This document shows, piece by piece, positions 58,009-64,000 of a stretch of DNA of 64,000 nucleotides. Position 1 is the stretch's first letter, and every line of letters starts with the position of its first letter. Position numbers and translations under genes: made by a program. Source of the DNA: Eledone cirrhosa (Eukaryota); NCBI GenBank assembly GCA_964016885.1, contig OZ024741.1:19592001-19656000 (forward strand). The letters run 5' to 3'. The notes beneath the pieces are model-generated. The model had not been told where the DNA came from. It ran no database searches and saw only the letters and a program-made list of their open reading frames with translations.

Positions 58009-61000
58009 TTGAGAGTTGGCTGTTTGAACGCGCGTGGCCTGGGCTCAGCTTGGAAGCAAGCAAAGCTTCTAAGTGACCTCAGGTCACAAAGTATAGATGT
58101 GATGGTTGTTTGCGAGAGTCGGATCAGCAGCGTGAGACAGCTGGCGCCCGCCTTCGATGACTTTGAAATGCACGCATCTCTCTGTCAACCCGGAGGCGGG
58201 GGGGGGGGGGGGGGGGGGGTTGCCGTACTGCTGGATAAACGTCTGACTCTCGACGTACAGATTGTTCACTCGGACCCGGGGGGTCGATTACTGGTGCTGG
58301 ACGTCGGAGGCGGTGAAGGCGGGGCTTTCAGACTGGTCGGTCTTTATGCCCCCTTCGGGGCGGAAAGAGCCGACTTCTTCCAGCGTCTGGAGACTTTTCT
58401 AGGAACGTCGCGTTCCCTGCTTTTAGTGGGGGACTGGAATGGAATCCTAGATGCGCGTTGGGACTATGCAGGGGCATGTCCCGATAGAGGGGGGTGTAGC
58501 AGCCTCAAGGGGTTACTCGATCGATTCGACCTGGTCGATAGATTTCGACTAGATTGTCCAACTGCGCCAACCTGGACCTGGGCAAACCGCAGTGGACAAT
58601 CTAGATCGTACCTAGATAGGTTTTTGGTTAGGAGTAAGGATAGGGACGTATTTAGTTGTCCAGAACTGATCATGGTTGGCTATTCAGATCACAAATTAGT
58701 GACCTGCGTGGTCAACCTTGATAGAACGCATAGACAGGGTCCCGGTTACTGGAAGATGAACTTGTCCTTGCCGGCAAAGAAAGATTACAGGAACCGGATT
58801 AGTAGCTTAGTTAAGATGCGGTTGACGGGAGCGATCGTCAACAGCAGGTGGTGGGTATCTCTAAAGAGAGAGATTAGAGTAAGTTCGATAGGTTACAGTA
58901 AGGAACTAGCGGCAAATAGAAATAGGAAGGAAAGGGAGTTAACAGATAAACTAGAAGAGGCGATTAGGAGCGGCGACGTGGCCAGAGTGTTAGCGGCGAG
59001 AACGGCGTTGAGCCAGTTCTTTGACGCGAAGCACGAAGGCTGCGTTGTCCGAAGTAAAATACGTGCTTTAGGAAACGAGGGGACCAAAGCTGTTAGCTGG
59101 GCCCGCGTGACAGAAGCCAAGAGTGGGATTAAATCCACCATTCGGTCTTTGCGAGACCAGGATGGACGGGTGATCCTTGAACCTGAGCGGATGTGCGAGG
59201 CCTTTCAAAGGCACTTTGCTCGACTGTTCGGAGGGGGCGGGGGGCCGGACGGGGATGTGGACTTCGGTCCATACCTCGACGGTCTACCGCGTCTTTCGAG
59301 GGGCGAAGCGGAGTGCTGCGAAAGGCCAATCACAGCCACTGAAATCGGGGAAGCGCTCAGCCAATGCAGCAGACGCAAATCTCCGGGTCTCGATGGTCTA
59401 CCATACGAACTTTAATTAGCTATGCCGGTCTTGTTCTCCGAACTCCTCGAGGCTGTCTATTGCAGCTGGCAACAGAACGGGAGAATTCCCTGTTCTGTGA
59501 CCAAGGGCGTGGTCACGCTAGTGAGGAAGGACGAGAGCAAAGGGGACGACTTAAGTAACTTTAGGCCCATAACTCTGCTAAATGCAGAGTTACAGATTTT
59601 GGCCAAGGTGTTGGCGAAGAGGTTGGCGCTTGTGGTGGGTGGTTTGGTGGGAGACGCGCAGACATGCGCTATCCCGTCCAGGTCCATTCACGACAACCTC
59701 CACCTCATGCGATACATTGTAGAGAGGGTTGGAAACGAACCCGGCTTTGGTGGGGCCCTGATCAACTTGGATCAATCTAAGGCGTTCGATAGGGTCGACC
59801 ATGGTTACCTGGATGCGGTGCTAGCGGCGGCGGGCTTCGGACCCGTTTTCAGGGGCTGGTTTTCTGCCATGCACAGTGGCAACATCTACTCTAGGATTAA
59901 AGTAAACGGCTACCTCTCGGAGCCGTTTCAAATCACCCGGTCCATCAGACAGGGGTGCCCCTTCTCCTCCCTTCTGTACGTATTGACTCTCGAGCCACTG
60001 CTGCGGAAGTTGGAGTTGCTGCGGGGCATACCCCTGGAACCGGGATTGCACAAAGCGGTCTCGGCCTATGCCGACGACGTAACAGTAATGGTGGCGGACG
60101 CCTCGGAAATCGGGGCGATCGCCACCCTACTGGAGGAATACGAAAGGCTGACGGGGGCTAGGCTGAATCGGGACAAGTCAGTCGGTTTGCAACTCGTAAC
60201 GTGGAGGGACAAACCGATGCCGTTAGACGGTGTCGTCGGGCGGTGGACGGAGGGCCCGGTGAAGCTGCTCGGGGTCTGGTTCGGACCGGACCTCCAGGTG
60301 GAGAAGAATTGGGGCGAGGTGACGAGCAGGGTGTTTGCGCTGACCCAGAAGTGGGCCAAGTGCAAACTATCACTGAAAGGTCGGGCGGAGGTGACGAACG
60401 CTTACATAGCGTCCGTCATCTACTACCGCCTGACCGTCGTGCCTTGCCCCAAGGAAAAGCTCACCATCATGGAACGCATGCTCTTCCAGTTCCTCTGGAA
60501 GAAGCGGCCTCCCATGGTGAGGAGATCCATCTGCTGCCAGCACCCTTCGAAAGGAGGGCTGGGTATGCCGTGGCTGTTGATGCGTAGGCACGCATTGAGG
60601 CTACGGCATCTACAGGTATTCCTCAACGGTCAGCCAGTGTGGGCCCCGTTTGTGAGCCGAGCCTTCCCACAGCTCGTCTCGCTCACCGAACTGCAATCCT
60701 GGGTGAAGCAAAGACCGAGAAAACTCGGCAACTGGCACACCGAGTGTGCCCAGGCGCTCACGGCTATCTGGCAAGCCGACCCGACTATCAGTGGAGAATC
60801 CACCTCGACATTCTATAGAGGGTTGGTGGCTAGCAAGGGCGACGACACCCTTGGAGAGTCGCTAGGCATGGAGGAGGACGAACTGGCCAGCCTGTTCGGT
60901 AGAACTTTCGGCCCGGGACCCATGGACAACTTCCAGAGGTCCCTAGCCTGGCAGTGTTACCGGGGGGCTCTGCCCGTTCGAGAAAAGCTCTACAGACACG

Positions 61001-61449
61001 GGCGCCCGGGCAGGGATCCTGCGAAAAAGATCTGCCCCAGATGCGTGCGCGACGAGGAGACCGTTGCGCATGCACTGGTACACTGCCCGGGCGTTGCCGA
61101 TCTGTGGGGCTACGTCGAACGACTGCTGTCGCGTGTGGCGCCGATTCGATTAACCGCCGAGTCTGTGGTGAACATCAAGCCGCCTCCTCCCTTCAGAAAT
61201 GAAGCAGAGGCGGTCTTTCTGTGCGTAATAGCCATGATGAATAAGGTTGTGTGGTGGACGCGCCTGAAAGGTCTGAGGTCGGGTGACTTTCTCTCCGGCC
61301 ATCACCTGGTTTACTTCTTCCGATACCACTTCGGAAGAAGGATCAGGATGGAGAGAGAAGTGCTTGGCCCCAGACAGTTTTATGAAAGGTGGGTGAAAGA
61401 AGCGAGAATGGCCCGTGTAAATGGGCCTTCTCTCTACATTGTTCTGTAG
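58009..61449 (+). pseudogene. Tx1 ORF2: AP-like endonuclease, reverse transcriptase, C-terminal zinc finger; single in-frame TAA at 59413-59415
   Basis: CLNARGL, VGDWN, YLDRFLV, SDHKLV (APE); NFRPITLLN, DQSKAFDRV, RQGCP, YADD (RT); CPRC..H..HC. Both ORF pieces are in the same frame, and copy B has Tyr at the stop position. Confidence 0.93.
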
Positions 61450-61681
61450 GTGAAGAAGTGAAGAGGAAAGGGGGAGCGCCTCCTCTCTGGGCTTTCCCCG
61501 CGAAAAGAGTTGCACACTTTTCGGGGGTATGTGCAATCCCCAACACGCCCCCTCCCTTTTGAGGACTTTTTATTGTTATATTATTATTATTATTCCTTTT
61601 TTCTTTACTCGATTTATGTAAACTCCCCCACTGTGTAAATGTCCCCTTCTTTTGTGCCCTCGTGGCAAATAAATAGAAATG

Positions 61682-61732
<51 letters not shown>

Positions 61733-61733
61733 G

Positions 61734-61767
<34 letters not shown>

Positions 61768-61768
61768 A

Positions 61769-61803
<35 letters not shown>

Positions 61804-61812
61804 ATATATATA
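61682..61812. repeat. (TATC)n then (TA)n microsatellite
   Basis: Direct reading. Confidence 0.95.
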
Positions 61813-62307
61813 TTAAATAAGCGACTGGAATTAATAATATCGTGTAATCATAAACTGAGAAAAACCTTTAAATATTATAAACCTAATTAATATACACTTT
61901 AGAAATTAATTTATAAATTATTTTTAATTTAGTTAACCTATAATTAATATTCTACTACTGATGAACTACATAATTCTGCTTTAAAAATTATAAACCTAAT
62001 TAATATACACTTTAGAAATTAATATATAAACTATTTTTAATTTAGTCAACCTATAATTAATATTCTACTACTGATGAACTACATAATTTTGCTTTCCTTC
62101 TTACAAATATCATTTCCTAAAACTGATACCATTAAGTAAACATATATAATGCTTTAACTTCAGGTTATGACTCTATGTTCCTTGAAAACTATATATATTT
62201 ACTATTTCTCACTAATAAATTTAATCCCCCCCCCCAATAATTATATGTATATGTAAGTGTATATGTGTGTGTATATGTAAGGGTATGTATATATGCATGT
62301 ATATATC

Positions 62308-62354
<47 letters not shown>

Positions 62355-63369
62355 ATATATATGTATATGTATATATATATGTGTGTATGTGTGTGTGTAT
62401 GTGTATATATGTGTATATATATGTATATATATAAGTGTATATATATATATATATGTGTGTGTGTATGTGTATATATGTGTATATATATATATATGTATAA
62501 ATATATATATATATATATATTATTTTTATTTTTTTATTTTTATATTCTTTTAATTTCCCCTCATCTTTAACAACACTTTTCAACTGCATCTAACTCTTAT
62601 TTATCATATCTATATGTATTAGTATAATTTTATCAATATAAATATACCCATCAATTAAATTAATTTATATTCTTTTCATAGATGTATTTTTTTCACTAAC
62701 ATTCTTATCTTAAAAATTTAGTCACCTTTGATATTTGTATTAGCATTACTATTTTATAACAGCAACTGCTTGTATACCTTTTACTGACCACCTGACCTAT
62801 TTTCACCCCTAAAATAAGCTTCAATTACTACTATTTTACCATTTGGCCAATTATTAACTTTCTATTGGTTAATTCTAAACCTCTTACCAAACAGACAGAA
62901 TATATTAGATCTTTGTTGGTTTTATTCAATGAAAAAATAAAATTATTTCTGAGGTCAGCATAAGACCTATTTCTTCCCTAAAATAATCCTTCATTCATAA
63001 TATTCTTTTCCATCCAAAACTGAAATCTACCTTCCTCTACCCATAATTTAAGGTTCTTCTACTACTATATTACTATCCTGACCCTCACTATCTATCTATT
63101 GGTCAATTCAAAACCTGTTCCCAAACAGACCTATTGTATTGAATCTTTGTTTTTTCCAATAAACAAATATCATTATTTCTGAAGACAGCATATATATGTG
63201 TAGGTATGTATATTCCCTCTGATAGCTTGTATAAATATTGTAAATATTGTACATAGATCTATAGAATATGCATACCAACTCTAACACATATATATCCTAG
63301 AAACGATCGTAAAATGATGAATTTTTTTAATATAAGGAACTGTTTCTTTGTTTATTCATTATTTTATTA

Positions 63370-63370
<1 letters not shown>
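61813..63370 (+). mobile_element. 3' remnant of a Penelope-like element (Naiad-like): ORF C-terminus, AT-rich UTR/pLTR with internal duplications, hammerhead
   Basis: 61813-61890 reads LNKRLELIISCNHK, resembling the LNKRSE..CRH GIY-YIG C-terminal motif of Naiad-type PLEs. Tandem duplications at ~61866-62094 and ~62794-63192; hammerhead at 63170; (TA)n on both sides. Confidence 0.6.
63170..63320 (+). ncRNA. Type I hammerhead ribozyme with ~114-nt stem II
   Basis: Stem I tcattattt/aaatgatga (9 bp); CUGAAGA 63179-63185; GAAAC 63300-63304; palindromic ACGAUCGU; GUA 63309-63311. Confidence 0.8.
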
Positions 63371-63445
<75 letters not shown>

Positions 63446-63483
63446 GTAAACATACACTCAAACACACACATAAATATATATAT

Positions 63484-63753
63484 TGTGGTTAGAAAAAGCT
63501 ATCTCACTTACCGCTTTTCATAGGCGTCGCTAAATCCCATGGCTGGTTTCTCCTCTTCCACGTGCGTCCCACTCATTAACACCCGGGAGCTGCCAAACTC
63601 GCGTCCACACCGTTCCTGGTCACCACTAGAGAGAGCCCGATCTGCTGGCCCTTCCGGTCGAGCACCCTTCCGGCCAAGCTCCCTTCCGGTCAAGCACTCT
63701 TCCGGTCGAGCACTCCCCAGCTTCCGGCCACCGCACACCACACCATACCCACA
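63484..63753 (-). mobile_element. Gypsy 3' LTR (270 bp)
   Basis: The minus strand begins TGTGG and ends CCACA, directly after the polypurine tract AGGGGAGGCG (63754-63763). Confidence 0.8.
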
Positions 63754-63767
63754 CGCCTCCCCTGATC

Positions 63768-64000
63768 TCAAGGATCAATTTCCTCCTCGTCCTTCTGCAT
63801 ATGAAAGTCTGCTGTCCAGGTTGGTGGTTTGCGACTTCTTTGCGATCTCCGCAGTGTTGGAGCGGCACTTTGAGTTTCCTCTTCCTCGGAGTCCGTTGAC
63901 ACAGTGATTCTACGGACATCCAGGACATGACGTGGTACTCCGTCCACGGACACATTGTTCTGGGAATTTACGGCCGTCACCATTCCCCTTCCCCATTGAG
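63768..64000 (-). CDS. Gypsy pol/integrase C-terminus (continues beyond the window)
   Basis: VTAVNSQNNVSVDGVPRHVLDVRR...LRRSQRSRKPPTWTADF matches the RRSxRxRKPP integrase-tail motif. The stop codon is followed by the PPT and LTR. Confidence 0.75.
   Translation of the reverse strand, partial: QWGRGMVTAVNSQNNVSVDGVPRHVLDVRRITVSTDSEEEETQSAAPTLRRSQRSRKPPTWTADFHMQKDEEEIDP

Larger units (their letters stand above)
56181..61680 (+). mobile_element. Near full-length Tx1-clade LINE
   Basis: ORF1 with a zinc knuckle, ORF2 with APE-RT-zinc finger, a 3' UTR with AATAAA, an (ATCT)n tail, and 'atctat' at the 5' junction. Confidence 0.92.

Noticed and set aside
59413-59415. Programmed readthrough between endonuclease and RT
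   Set aside because: Paralogous copy B has TAC (Tyr) here, so this is a simple nonsense mutation or a sequencing error.
61955-62095. Two CTGATGA motifs as hammerheads
   Set aside because: No correctly placed GAAA, NUH or stem I partner.

Overview
A eukaryotic, AT-rich, repeat-dominated window with no recognisable host gene. The SINE families and the density of microsatellites suggest a cephalopod (Octopus-like) genome, which is an inference. Contents: (1) three Tx1-clade (L1-group) LINEs, one near full-length at 56.2-61.7 kb and two 5'-truncated copies in tandem at 14.1-17.9 kb, all joined to (GATA/TATC)n; (2) an R4/Dong-clade RLE retrotransposon embedded in (TACA)n at 51.5-54.4 kb; (3) a Gypsy integrase tail, PPT and 3' LTR at the right edge; (4) two tRNA-derived SINE families; (5) a ~25-kb (AAC)n-based array containing an assembly gap, plus many mini- and microsatellites. 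The main unannotated signal is a set of five type I hammerhead ribozymes with intact catalytic core motifs (550, 8318, 8426, 55474, 63170) plus several disabled ones, all next to (TA)n tracts. Two lie in ~250-bp palindromes in which only one arm keeps an intact core. One has a ~114-nt stem II and lies downstream of a Naiad/Penelope-like ORF C-terminus. Almost all long ORFs in the track are artefacts of simple repeats.
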